Assembly (NCBI GenBank): GCA_973895155.1
Contig: OZ316891.1
Location: forward strand, 27,317,561-27,381,560
DNA length: 64,000 nt
Direction: 5' to 3'
Source: Marsupella aquatica
Lineage: Eukaryota > Plantae > Marchantiophyta
Part shown: positions 11,368 to 24,100 of the stretch, in pieces
Layout: every line of letters begins with the position of its first letter
Position numbering within the stretch: the first letter of the stretch is position 1
Translations under genes and position numbers: made by a program
Notes under the pieces: generated by a model
The model's input: only the letters and a program-made list of their open reading frames with translations
Databases searched by the model: none
What the model was told of the DNA's origin: nothing

Positions 11368-13533
11368 TCATAGTCTATTCCGTCCCCCGGGAGACATCCC
11401 CGTCACATCTCGACCCATAGGTCCACTCAAATATCCATTAATAGAGCCAGCAGGAGAGACACGCATGGGGGATGCTAAATGCGCCACTCCACCGCCAAAA
11501 GGAGCATTCCCCTGGACCCTCGCATCACAATCGCTCCCTCTAGGAATGGTGAGCAGCAGTCGCTTGTGCATTGTAATCCCGTCCGCACTTCCTGCATTAG
11601 ACATGGCACCACGTGAGAATCTAATTGATCTTTGCTTCTTAGCCTCACCTTTGGCCTTCTCAGTCCTTTCAGAGGGCGGTGTGCGAAGTTCTTGCTTGCG
11701 GGCTCTAGCTTTGAATTTGCTATGTGAAATATAAGCTTCATATTTAGACATCTCCGCATCAGATTCTTTGTGAAAGGAGAAGGTCTCATCATTTCCATCA
11801 CGCGAATTGGGAGTAGTAAGGGCTTCAATTCCTTGTTCCACTGAATTTCTCTGAGTAGTCCGTCGCCCAATTGACGGGACAACGACAGCCAGTAGTGGAA
11901 TCCTGGCAGCCTCTGTGTCTTGTGAGTCCTCCATGCAGCCAGCCCGCCCAGGCGTCAGGAGACAATTAGCACTTCTCTCCCTGGTTCCCGAAGAGAAAGC
12001 CGCCACCCGCAAATCTGGGTTCTCCCGCAGCAGCGGCCCCGAGTCCCGCCCTGCCAACTCCCCAGGAACCGGACTAACAATTAGCAACTCCACCTGAGCA
12101 ATATCCTCCTCCACTGAAAAGGGTACCTCCAGCACAGGAGGCACCATGGCTCCCCAAAAAATAGCACGTGCTTCAGCATTTTCTTTAGCCCTCAACACCT
12201 CCTCCTGATCAGCCTCAGAGTGTCTCTCGTCATCTTTCTCGTTCGGCGGGTCCGCTCCCGTCCGTAGAGCACCGGCAGTCTCCAAGATTACTTTACATTC
12301 ACGGGCCAGGTGACCTCTTTGGTTGCATCGAAAGCAGTGATAGGGGATATTTTTAAACGTCACCGGTTGCCAGATAATAATGTCATCACGAATTCGAATC
12401 TTCACACTGGCAGGGACTTCCCTGTCCGTGTCCCAAAGGATGCAAGCCCGATCGTGGGGATACAAACTGAATTTGTTTCCCTGAATGTAGTACAGCAGAG
12501 TCCCTAGAGAGCATGCAATCTTTCTTCTGCAGCCCTCTAGAGCAAGATCCCTAAACGGTATCTCAATCCACACTGGGAGCTTCATGAAGTTCTCACATTT
12601 AACATCAAAGGATGGATCCCATGGGAACGTGTATATAAATCGTCTCTCCATAAACCATGGTGCGTAGTTGAGTGCCAGATCCCTGTGATTAGGATCCTCA
12701 AACACTATCATGTAAAAGTTCTTCCCTACGAATTTAACCTGAAGTACCGGCCATCCCTCCTGGTTTGTCATCACTTCGTCTACCCATGCTCTAAAATCAT
12801 TGAGGAGCGGCGTTCTTCCCGTGAAGTAGCATATGAGAGCGCAATTATATAGTTGTCTCACATTACGAGCTGCTTCCGGTAGGTTCCATTCCACTTCTGC
12901 AAAGAGTCTCTTGTCAAGATCACCTTTGGACCTGATCGCAATCTCGCGCAGGATCTTGATACACTCTTCAGATTCATCATCCTCCACGGGCGCGTCCTGC
13001 ATCTCCACATTTTCTTGTGGCACCTCACTCCCCACCATTGCATCCTGGTTAACCTCATTCGCCCCTCTTCCAATTGTTCCACGCCCCCAATGCAGAGCTT
13101 CGCCTTCCTTCTCCCCTGCTCCATCCCCCTCCTGCAGGTTCTGAGGCAATTCCATTCCACTCACCGACTGCACCTTAGGTCCAGGTCCATTCATCGGATG
13201 CTCATTCCCATTCAAGTAATACAACTGAGATCTGGCCGCAGTTGTCTCCCCCAAATTCGGGTCGTTCCTCCCAGAGCGCGCATCTTGCGCAGAGAATCCA
13301 ATAGCAGGTCCACTGACCATAACACCCCGCGCAGGTGATCGCCCCACAGCTTCACCGGGTATCCCCCCCACCTCAAGCCTTGCAGCAGGCTCCCCTTGTG
13401 TCCTCCGATCTACTCGTCCACCAGCTAAGCGTCCCCCCCTCGCGCTCCTGCGGCTCGAGGGTCCATAATAGTCTATCCCCTGTTCCTCCATGATACAAGT
13501 GGCCTTCCTTGACTCTACAGCCTTTGCATCCAA
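11368..13533 (-). CDS. LINE ORF1 (DUF4283-like plus CCHC zinc knuckle)
   Basis: 'ALNYAPWF...LPVWIEI' and 'CFRCNQRGHLAREC'; open 721 aa. Confidence 0.9.
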   Translation of the reverse strand: MDAKAVESRKATCIMEEQGIDYYGPSSRRSARGGRLAGGRVDRRTQGEPAARLEVGGIPGEAVGRSPARGVMVSGPAIGFSAQDARSGRNDPNLGETTAARSQLYYLNGNEHPMNGPGPKVQSVSGMELPQNLQEGDGAGEKEGEALHWGRGTIGRGANEVNQDAMVGSEVPQENVEMQDAPVEDDESEECIKILREIAIRSKGDLDKRLFAEVEWNLPEAARNVRQLYNCALICYFTGRTPLLNDFRAWVDEVMTNQEGWPVLQVKFVGKNFYMIVFEDPNHRDLALNYAPWFMERRFIYTFPWDPSFDVKCENFMKLPVWIEIPFRDLALEGCRRKIACSLGTLLYYIQGNKFSLYPHDRACILWDTDREVPASVKIRIRDDIIIWQPVTFKNIPYHCFRCNQRGHLARECKVILETAGALRTGADPPNEKDDERHSEADQEEVLRAKENAEARAIFWGAMVPPVLEVPFSVEEDIAQVELLIVSPVPGELAGRDSGPLLRENPDLRVAAFSSGTRERSANCLLTPGRAGCMEDSQDTEAARIPLLAVVVPSIGRRTTQRNSVEQGIEALTTPNSRDGNDETFSFHKESDAEMSKYEAYISHSKFKARARKQELRTPPSERTEKAKGEAKKQRSIRFSRGAMSNAGSADGITMHKRLLLTIPRGSDCDARVQGNAPFGGGVAHLASPMRVSPAGSINGYLSGPMGRDVTGMSPGGRNRL

Positions 13534-14577
13534 TTAGGAAATAGTCAAGGTCTTCTTGTACTCACCAGAAGATTCGACGATGGCTCGAAGTCCCGTTGCC
13601 ACTCCACACCTCCTCGTCTCCAAGGCGCACCAAGGTCAGTCCTTCTTCTCACCGCTGTGTATGCCCGCCCATCCTTCTATTCGCAGGTTACGACGTTGAA
13701 ACAGCTCTCAGCTCGTCCCTATTCTCTCTCCTCTCGCTGCCAAACCTTCATACAGAATCGTCTCACCGCTCCATCCCAGGTTATGAGAAACGGAGAGTGG
13801 CATCAAAAAGTCTCCACGCCGTCAATGAATAAGCCACGATTGTCGAGGACGTCCCACTGTCCCGTGCTCCTTCGATCCTCTTCAGCTAAAAGGCCTTCCC
13901 TCACACCTCCGTAAGCGATTACCTCCCATCAAGTCCCCGCAGCTCCTCCCCTCTGGAAGAGACCATTCTTGGTCACATCAACCAGCCAGCACAGCCACAT
14001 ACGGAAAATTGATCCTCCCAATCCCATCTACCATCAGTCCGCTTACGCTCCGGTCTCCTCAAAGCCCATCCTGGCCCTTTCACTCATCACTTTTTCGCCA
14101 CTCTCGGTTATAGCCGAGCACAGAATCGGATCCACCCAACACTCACCGATTTATCCACCAATGTGTAACAGTTAAGACTCTCCTTCGCCATTGCTTGTAT
14201 CTGAGGAAACATTCTCCATCGAGCAAACTGCCCCCCGTACCCACCATGCCCGTGTCTGTGTACACACGGTGCGTCTCCCTTCTCCTACACCCTAAACCGA
14301 CCTAAAACCTTCTAAAATCTCCCGAGCCGTCCAGAGCATGGAGATGTCGAGAGTGAGCAAGAGTGGGTTCATTCGCATGCGGTGTCTCCTGCGTATCAAA
14401 ACCTTCCCCCTCGGGAAGCAACGCCCACACCCGATCCAGGTGTGGATGATTCCAAGCTCTTGAGAGAGAGCACAAGTCAGCGCCCGTAAGCAACCAGTTC
14501 TCAAGGTCACCAGCTCCTCGGTGGATCTCGAAGAAGGGCATTCTTTAAAACTTGCCCACCAATAAAGAAGTCCAACA

Positions 14578-14864
14578 CTCGGGGGGTTGACTATCAAAAA
14601 TCTTAGGAACCACGTGCGATCCAAAATAGGTATTTTTCATAGAAATTAGCTAAATTTTTAAAAAGTGTAGGAAGCAAAAGAAGGTATTATAGACCAATAT
14701 TTATAGAATATTCTCTAATATATACCTTTTATAAAGTAAAATAGGTCATTAATATTGAAAATATAGAATGTTTTTGGAATATTCCCATTATAAAATAGGT
14801 GTGTTTATATTAGGCTAGGATTGCACGTGGTACCCCAAAATATACACTAAGTTAACCCTCCGAG
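14578..14864. mobile_element. MITE copy 1 (287 bp, AT-rich interior)
   Basis: TIR CTCGGGGGGTTGACTA / TAAGTTAACCCTCCGAG; inner IR GGAACCACGTGCGATCC / GGATTGCACGTGGTACC; perfect 8-bp TSD GTCCAACA (14570-14577, 14865-14872). Confidence 0.92.
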
Positions 14865-16546
14865 GTCCAACACAATTTCCTCCTTCTCGGAAAATCGAAG
14901 AATGATTGCCTTGATAATTTTGTTGGGCTTAATGTTTGATGTAAATGTTCTGCCACCGGGGGTCCGGAAAGGAATGAGTCTATACAAGCGATCTCCAAGA
15001 GCGGATTTTTGCTTTGCTGCAACCTCTTCCTTGGAAAGGCCAGCATAATCTTCTTTGGCTGGTCTTGCTAGTTCAAGCTGATCAGCCAAGAAATGACCTT
15101 GAAACCCTCTGAAATGTTTTTCCCAATCTGGTTCTTGTTCCTGGGAGACTCCAAGAAAAACAATGGACTCAATAATACCCGACATGAAATGCGATGAGTG
15201 GACTTCTTTCGCACTCTTCCAATAGCTTCCATACTCCAAATGAGCATTATAACTAGAAGGTAGATCAGTGAAAGCTTCAATAATTCTGGCCAACAAGAGA
15301 CCTGGGTGCACGAAAAACACGATAGTCACCAAGTCGTTGGCGAGGACATTCACGACAGTCTTCAAGAAATTCAGCAGCTCCGATTGTGTCCAAGTATTTT
15401 GAATGAGTGTGTCATATCGACAATAGCAAGTGACGCATTAATCCTCTCCCTACAACTCGTCAAATCAAAAGGAGGCTCCGCGGAAGCAAGAAGATTCCCA
15501 GAGTAAAATATTCAATATGGATCCATTCTCTTGCGGACAGTTCCCCCAAATTTCTTTTGGTAAATATTCCGTAACCTATTCTTCAAAGGTTCTGGCATAT
15601 CGGATTTTGCAGAGACCTTGACTAAACTCTTGAAATAAGCATTGTCAACCATTGAGCAACATCGATCCAATTCTTCATTTGTGAAATTAAACTCGCGGAC
15701 CACATCCGACCAAACGGCCCCAACATTGAAAACACTTTCATAGGTCTCGTAGTAGAACCGCAAGATTGCACCTTTCAGCTTTTTAGTATACTTGGCTTTC
15801 ATGGCAAGATCGGACATTGAAGGTATATCTGTCCTTGCATGTCTTCTCTTCATCAAGAGAACCTCTCCCGATTGAACTTTATTCAAGATAGAGGTAATGT
15901 CAGATTCTTGCGCCCCCTCAAATACCCTGGATGTCGTCCCAGTAAGTTGTTTTGCTTCCCTCTTCTTCCCAGTCATCTCTCCATTGTTGTCAGGTAAACT
16001 ACCGGACAACCAACTATTGCAGACCGACATCCACAACTTATAGAGGCTCTCCAATGCGAAAAGGATCCAGTTCTATCCGCTGATGCTACTCACTTTCAGT
16101 GTGACTTTGGCCAACCCTTCGCAATCCTGAAACCCAACAACAAATGGTAAGAACAACACAGTAAACCAAACCTTTGGAGAAGGTATCTTAGAGCCAAGCC
16201 TTGGATTCTACACGAGGCTCGTGTGGACCACAAAAGAAATTATGGTGTCAACAAGAACGGACCTGGAATTCTTGGGATTTTTGCCTAGATGGCACTGGCC
16301 ACACTGGTCGATTCATTTCTGGATATTGCATTCTCGCATGCCTGACCTGGTCGATGAATGGTGATGAGAAACGATGTGCTTCAGCTTGCAAGTTGTTTGC
16401 ATGTGAAATCTCAACCAACACCTTAACAGGTGTCGACCCCTTGAGAATTCTTGCACGACGGAATTTGAGGAGGTTGGCAGTTTCAACCAAAGATGGCTGT
16501 GTCCGAGAACTCTGAATGATTTTCCTCGCGGCCATAGTTGAGTGTT

Positions 16547-16861
16547 CCTGGGAAAATATTTTTTATAATAAAAGGTGAGACCGCGAAAACCCCACGGCCG
16601 GGGGGAAGCAAACAGCCCCATAGATACATCAGAACAACTCCCTCAGGGAGGCCAGCGGCAAAAGCAAAGGCCAGAATCACAATAAAAAAAGAAAAAAGGG
16701 GGGACTAAACCTAGTGGCCCAAAATGTGAGTGACCCATACATCATGTCAACTTCTAGAGCCCTAGAGCCGGTAAAGCGAGGTATCCCATTCGACCTCTTC
16801 CAATAGCTATCACTCCTAGACCAGCAACGCAGCCACAGAGGTGACTCTGCCAGTACTCCTA
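16547..16861 (-). mobile_element. 5'-truncated LINE (3' end only, 315 bp)
   Basis: 16-bp TSD GCCATAGTTGAGTGTT (16531-16546, 16862-16877); carries the same 3' motif CCGCGAAAA(G)CCCCACGG as the LINE end at ~7167. Confidence 0.85.
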
Positions 16862-18986
16862 GCCATAGTTGAGTGTTGACCACTTATTGCAAAATATTGA
16901 TACTCGGATAATTGTTTAGAATCAAAATCTCTGACGGAAAGATCGATAAGACTGTAAACACCATTAATCATCTTGTAAGGCACCAAATCTACAGGCAAAG
17001 GTTCCTGACCGGCATTTAAAATCATCAACTGAACAAGATGGTTGACATGGTCTTCGTTGAGTAACCTCTCATTCATTTTTGCCGGCGAAGGATAGATATT
17101 CATCAAAGGAATGAGGAAAACTTTTGACAGCCCAAAAGAATACCAGCATCGGTTTTGCTACAAAGTCTTTTCTGCCCTCTCAAGTCTGGCTTGATCAACG
17201 ATTACTTTAGAACTCGAGTCAGCATTCATCTCTCCCATGTCATCCATGACATCCATCTCAATCATCTCCACTTTCTTACGTTGTTTCTTCGGGATTGGGA
17301 CACCGGTTTCCGATGCCTCTTCCATTCCCCCAGTCTCTCTTTTGCGGCCCCTTCCACGCTTGGACTTCTCCGATCTTGTCACCCCATGGTCTGTGGATAC
17401 GTTTTGCACTTGAGTATTGACCTTTTGAGATTTTGAGGGCACCTTCTGTTTCATGACAGCTGAAGGTGTTGCAGCGGAAGGTGTTGCAGCGGAAGGTGTT
17501 GCAGCGGAAGCCTTACGAGACAAATCCTTCTTAACGACACCTTTTGATACGGGTTTTGCTATCTCTTCCACAACTGCCTGCTTCTTTTGAGCCTTCTTCT
17601 TGACAGCCTTCTTCTGTTCTGGCATTTCGCCGCTTTAATCTTCTTCTGTGGTTGTTTGGACTTTGCGATCTGTGGCCCTTTCACCTCATTAGAGCTAGTG
17701 TGGATTTTTGCCTGAGGGACATTAGCTTTCCCAACCTTCTCTGGAAGAGCGATCTTTGAAGACAATCTCTTCTTCTTGGAAGGAGGAGTGTCTTCTTCCA
17801 TTCACTTTCTTTTCTTTTTCTTCTGCACCTCCATCTTAGTCTCAGAGTCCTTTTCCTCTTCAGCCTCTGAGCCTCCCACTTCCGCGAGTTCTTCATCCAC
17901 GGCTTGGATCTTATCTTCAAAGATCTCCTCTATTCCAACCAACTCAGGACTCAAAGAGTCACTGGGAACAATGCTTGGTTCATCTGATGTACCCTGTGAA
18001 CTTGATGATCTTGAATCTAAACTCGACGACGATCCAGGTTCCTATACAACTTTGCTTGCTTTGAGATTTGGGCCACCACCATGACATCCGTGCCTTTTCT
18101 GATTCAAATTGAAGGCCTTCACTACAGGATGGATTGCAACCCAACGTTTAATCCTTTCCTTGTCAACTAGATCTGGGAAAGCAATTTTTGGAACGATCTC
18201 GATCTCCTGCCGGAGTTCATCTTCCGGTAAAGATAGAGACATGACGTAAACAACATGCCTGGTTGCAAAAAGGTGAGATTGATAATCTTTGAAGAACAAA
18301 AAACTAACCCTTCCCAGCCCTGAAACAATATCCTCAGCAGTGAGAACATTATCTGGATCCATGAAACAATGAGTGGATGGATCAAAAAATCCTAAGGACG
18401 TTATGTTCATTGTCGCATCATTTGGCTCAAGACAATGTGCACAACAATATTGTTCAACGGGAAGAGAGAACTCTCTATATCCACAATTAACGCGGTCCTC
18501 CACCGTCACTGTCAGAAAGACCTTTCGCTTCTGGTGCTCTGGTGCTTTTGAAATCCTACAATCGGCAAGCACACCCAAGTACTTCCAAAACCTCTTGGGC
18601 TTGGCAATAACGATCCCCCGCAACCAACACCTCCAAGGATCACCCTCCATACGCATTTCAAAAGACCATGAATTGACGATTGGATTTTGGTGGCTAATAG
18701 TGCTTCGCTTAGCGGTTGCGGTAGGCACGGGTGGCTAAAACAAACATACGGGAATCCTAGGAAAGAACCAATATGGAAGATTTAGAATAGAGTCCAAGAT
18801 GTCAAAACAAATGCCGAGATTTTATTATTCACAAAAATGTACAATTCGTCCAGAAAACAACTCATTCGACCAAAATGGACTTTGCCCGCTCGACTACCAT
18901 CTTCTAAAGTTGGGGCACATATTGATCTGGGTGCCTCGATCTCCAACTAAACAACTCATCTAGTACTAAGTCTTGACAGATGAGTT

Positions 18987-19840
18987 CTAGGGAAATGTCT
19001 CCTAGGCTGCTTCCTTCTTCAGCCTCTTGATAGTCTGGAGGTGGCCTTCCTCCTGGGCCGTCATGATAATCAGCTTCTTTGTGAGCATCTATATCTGACT
19101 CTCACGGAGCTCATCAAGCTTGGTGGCCTGCTTCATCACTAGGCACAACTCTTGACATGTCTGAAGATGATTCCGCTGAGCTCGAAAATATCTTCCAGGA
19201 TAATCCTTTCTAATCGAACTAATCTCTTCATCTTTCTCCTTCATAGTTTCTCGCAGGGTCTCAAGTTCCTTGAGGACATCCTCAGTCATTTGGGACTCCT
19301 TCTCATATTTATCTTTGATCGATTTCAAATGTTTCAAGGCATTGTCGATTTGGCCTTCAAGGTAACAAATGAGCCTCAGGTGAGTAACATGCTCTACACA
19401 AGAGTCACGTGAAAGCAAATGGAAATGATATTTACTCCAACGGATTTTCGTACGGAAGCACTGATGGGATGAGGATCGTCCGGGATCTACACGAGAGTCG
19501 CGTGAAGATAGAGATAAAAAACGTCTAAAACTGATTCGGAGAAAAAAGATTGAGGGTTACCTTCAAGCATGATCTGCCCATTCATAGCATAGTACTGGAG
19601 ATCATCTACACGAGTCTTGTGTAGAAAACTTAGTACTGGGTATCGCATAACACAAATAAATCTAATAGGATAATGTCTACACGAGACTCATGTGGAAGGA
19701 ACCGCTGAAATTTGAAATAAAAACAAACAACGAAAAGAAAAACTAAAGATCTACACGACTGTCGTGTGTAAATACCTTCAACTCTGGTGAAAGCTGCGAC
19801 CGACATCTCCCGGACCTCCGATTCTGATAGATTTGCCATG
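18987..19840 (-). pseudogene. Multi-exon coiled-coil hypothetical gene
   Basis: TATA-like GGTATATATTTC at ~19978-19989; first exon 'MANLSESEVREMSVAAFTRVE'; heptad-like 'LKSIKDKYEKESQMTEDVLKELETLRETMKEKDEEI'. Exon structure is uncertain. Confidence 0.4.
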
Positions 19841-20413
19841 AAACCTCTTTGCACATGTGAAACAATTTGCAAAATATGGACGGAATTGAGCACAACTCAG
19901 AGGGAGAGACGAATGAGCGAAAGGGCGGAGAATGAGAGGGCAAAGATGAAGGAATGAGGGAATGAGCGAATCTCCTTGAAATATATACCTGACACAAGGA
20001 ATGGGCGAGCGTAAAAATGGGCCAGCGTGAAGCGTGAAGACATCATTAAGAGCGCCGCCAAAAATATCGACGAATCTTACCAGACGACAATCGTGTAGAG
20101 CTATCAGCCTATCACATTCGAGTAGATGTGCTTATTCTTTTGTCATTATCTGTTGTCATTGTCTGATATGATTAATTGCGCCACCAAAATATCGGAAAAT
20201 TGGACCACACAATGATCTAGCAGAGCGGCCACCCTATCATTTTTGTCCATTATATTCGGGATTTCTATCTGGGAATGGTATTTATTGATTAGTCGTCTTG
20301 ATTCTCTAGTCATTCTCTCGCCAGACATGAATGGTTCCGAGGACAGGTTTTGGCATGGGTTTGAGTCCAAGGACTGCTTTTGGGCGCCCAATCGGTACGT
20401 CCCTTCTGGGATT

Positions 20414-20475
20414 CCATTCCTGTGACTGTCTCATTCCTGTGACTGTCTCATTCCTGTGACTGTCTCATTCCTGTT
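20414..20475. repeat. 17-bp tandem repeat (CATTCCTGTGACTGTCT), about 3.5 copies
   Basis: Read directly from the sequence. Confidence 0.9.
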
Positions 20476-21181
20476 ACTCTTGGAGAATGTTTTTTTAGGA
20501 CAATTATCTGTACCTCATTTCTTTCAAAAGTTCTACTAAATAGGGGTACTGTAATAGCATATTTAGGATTTCAAAGAGGAATTAGACCTCATTTCTTCCA
20601 TAACTGCCCTAATTTTAGAGTTAGACTTCATTTCTTCTTTAGTCAATTGAGGACGATTGAGGGTCCTAACATGGGTTATGTCTTGGTCTTGAGGAATTGG
20701 ACTTCAATTGTAACACAATTTATCAGTTGGGTGGTTCCTTAATGTGATATTACATGGATTGGGGATTTGTACCCTGTTGGAATTTGTACACTGATGGACC
20801 TTTTACCCTATTGGAATTTGTACCTTGTTGGACTTTCCTTCTCTCTTAGAGTGAAGCATCAAATAATAGTGGGTCCTTTCCTTACTTCTTGTGGGATTTT
20901 TGTCATAAATGCATATGATTGTGATAATCCGGTTACTTTTGGGAGATGTTTAGACCTAAGCTGATGCTCTACACGAGGCTCGCCTAGCCATCGAACCTCC
21001 TTGTGTTTCCTTCCACTACCTGTATGTATTAATAATTCTACACAAGCCTCGTGTTGAGGGTTATCGATGTGCATGTTTTATTATGGTTAACTAGGTCTTT
21101 TCCTGCCGGTGAATAATTCCCGTCTTGTGTCCACACGAGAGTCGTGTTGAAGTTACTGTTAACCTCGAATCGGTCAAGAAT

Positions 21182-24100
21182 ATGTTTTTCCCTGGGGATC
21201 GAGTTAATCTCTTATTGAACGATGAACCGGTTGCAGGTGGGACGGTTTTCAGCATTACTCGCTCGGACTCTTGTCACAACATTCTGATTGGCGAGCATAG
21301 AATCAATGAACATTTTTGTTGAGGATGCATTCTTCCACCTTGCTGAGTTACCTTATCCAAACGCAGGGGCGGACCTGGTTGGTGAAAGCTTAAATTCAGT
21401 AATTTAGTGGGATCGGTCCAGAGTCAGGTTTGCGGAAAGCCAGCGCCCGGTTTATCCAGGTGACAACCAAGAGGAGATTCCTCTAGAACGAGAAGCAGGT
21501 TTTGGGGAGCAAGATGCCACGGGAGACACTGTCCATAGTCAGGACAATGTTCTCTTGAGCGAGGACCTGAGCGATCAAAGTAGGTGGTTCAAGAAGTTTG
21601 CTTTGCTTTACGGAGATGATGATGAGACACTACTGGCTCGAGGGTGTATCACAAATCCACACCCTCAAGCATCAATTAACAATGAGAGAGTTGGAGATGA
21701 TCATGTCGGGATCAATATTCTCACACTGGCCGCCGACAACATCTCAAAGATGACGTTCCCTTATTTTGTTGAGGGAACGCCTTGCACAATCAAATGGCCT
21801 TTGCGGAGAACTCGGATCGAGCCTGGAATGCAATTGTTAAGCGATCTATTGGATCAAAATGAATTCCTGAATCCCGAGCGATCAATTGTATCATATGTTA
21901 AACCAAAGCGAGGCTATAATAATCAACATTGCAACCCGCAGGCTCCTGAGGAGAAGGAAAGGAAGAATATTCATAGAAGGCGTAACAGAAAGAAGACTCG
22001 GGAATCTATTGATGTTGTCTTCCAGGTTGAGTGTTGCACAAAGAATTGTTGTAGGAAACAACAGTGGGAAGTGGTCAATCAGATTAGAGATGAATTTTAT
22101 GGTCTCTCTCACGCCGATCAACAGACGTACATTTTGAACCATCTACACGGGAGGGATACGGAAACTATAGAGGCCGGGATGATTATTTTCATGGGACACA
22201 TGTCTATAAAGAAGGGTTTTGGACCATCCATGGTTTCTCCAGAGGAACCTTCTATTCAATCTATAGTCACTATCAAAATGGGGCAAAAGTTGGCGTTCAT
22301 GGCAACCAAGGATCAATGAAAACCAAAGACTACATCACATTATTTGTGGAGTGTATACGAAGTGTATTCCAAAAATGTGCAGAGCCTATGCCTCATCTCC
22401 ATAAAATTGGAGAGTCTAGAAAGCAGGAGGTCGTGTATAGGGTTCCCATAAGCTACGAGAGGAAAGATGTTTATGAAGAGGCTTGTGAGCTTAACAAGAA
22501 TCTTGGAGCTTCTTCTCCTGTCATCACTACTTTCTACAAGATATTGGAGAAAAAGTTTCCCAATTTCCAATTTCCTGATCGAAGCAATTTTGCAAAATGC
22601 GATCTCTGTACTACAATCAAAGAGACTCTTCGAGGCAAGAAGAGACAAGATGTTGTTCTTGAAATCAAGGCCAAAAGAGAACGTCACATGCTGGAACAAC
22701 AGTCCCGGAGAAGCATGTATTATGCAGCCAAACTAGCAGTAGATCAAGAGCCAGAGAAGTATCTCTCGGTGATTCATGACAAAATGGATCAAGCCAAAAC
22801 AGGGATACCAAAAATGACTTTAACTCTTAAAAGTCAAGCGGGTAAATCAATTTCGTTATCGATGACGTTGACTGGAATGCTCACGCATGGATGGGATCCC
22901 AGAATCTATGCCCATTTTGCACTTGGTGGATTGTGGGCGAGTGATCCTGATTTCACAGTCTCATCTCTTTCAAAGTTGTTCAGGGATCTTGAGTCATTCT
23001 CTAGGGATAAGACTGGAGACTTATCGCCGAGGAGCACAGACATGTCTGATCCTATTTTTGTTGCGCTTTTAGATCGTCGGGCTTTTGAGATTGGCTATCT
23101 AGAAAGGAAGAATGTGGATTTTGACCATTTTAAAGGACTTGAAAACAAGGCTCGCGCGAGCCTCGCATGGAACCCTCATCCTCCAATTCTTTTTGACCAC
23201 TTCCATGCCATTTTCACCTCCAACTTGACAATTCAGGGAAGGACAATAAGAATCAGATCGTGATCGCATATTGTAGTGAGCTTGTTCTTTGAGGAGTGTT
23301 TGAGTCTGTTACACTCTCCTTCCTGATGGTTGGTCATACTCATGAGGACGTTGATGCATTCTTTTCACGAGTAGGAATTTGGATTTATAATCATGAGTTA
23401 ACAACTTTCTTTAGTTTGATGGTTGAAGTTTGGGAGTGTGAGAAGAAGCATCCAGTCCCAAGATTCATCCGTGAGGTTGCTGGATACAAAGCTTATGTTT
23501 CTTCTTATGTGAAGAAGATCCAAGGTCAGTTGGCCCCTGTGCAGTTCTTGTTTTCAATGAAAGAAAATACACCTATTTATCAATATCGGGAGAAAATTGA
23601 TTCGCCGTGGCTACCTGCAAAAGGTCACTCCATTTGGAAAACTACTGGAAAGGACTTTGTGTTTCCCTCCGAAAATCCTCTTTCAAAACAAATGGAGTCG
23701 ACTCATAAGCGAGCGAGTGGCATTCTCAAATACCTCGTTCATTACATTTCATGGCTAAAAGCCGCCTGGAAAGATGTCACATCAGAGGGATATCATTTTC
23801 GATCCCCGGAAATTGAGTATTGGGAAAATGTCATCAGGGTCTTCAAAGGTTCCCTATGCTCTGCGCCTAATCTAGAGAGGGACTATCTGCTACTCGATGG
23901 GTTTTGGCCAAGAACTAACCATGGAACCGGATATCGAGCTGAGGTTGGGATTTCTGAGAATAACATTGGCTCTATCAACAATGTCGTGGGCAGCCTTGAG
24001 CGTGAACTTCAGGAAGATCAATATGAGAGACAGACAATATTTGTTGGCCACCGCTCGGAGCAAGAAAGGTCAAGATTCTCCCCACTTGAGGATATTAAAA

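Larger units (their letters stand above)
7130..14529 (-). mobile_element. Full-length L1-clade LINE (7.4 kb)
   Basis: 17-bp TSD GAAGAAGGGCATTCTTT at 7113-7129 and 14530-14546; ORF1 and ORF2 inside. Confidence 0.95.
5950..18728 (-). pseudogene. Multi-domain gene copy B: unknown N-terminus, Lys/Glu-rich region, ParB/Srx-like, degenerate N6/N4 MTase-like, linker, Ulp1/C48 protease; split by a LINE, a MITE and a truncated LINE
   Basis: Removing each insertion plus one TSD copy restores 'YFAISGQHSTMAARKII' (ParB-like) and 'NIKPNKIIKAIILRFSEKEEIVLDFFIGGQVLKNALLLERECFSF' (MTase C-terminal motifs). Ulp1 motifs 'CLGPERWITSEILNA...HIFDTWFYSEL' (6205-6390) and 'VMVPIHEGHNHWALVVID...YLDSL' (5950-6162). 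Intron 16127-16262. Confidence 0.75.

Noticed and set aside
17455-17512. Short tandem repeat
   Set aside because: Simply encodes (SAATP)x3 in the low-complexity part of gene copy B.
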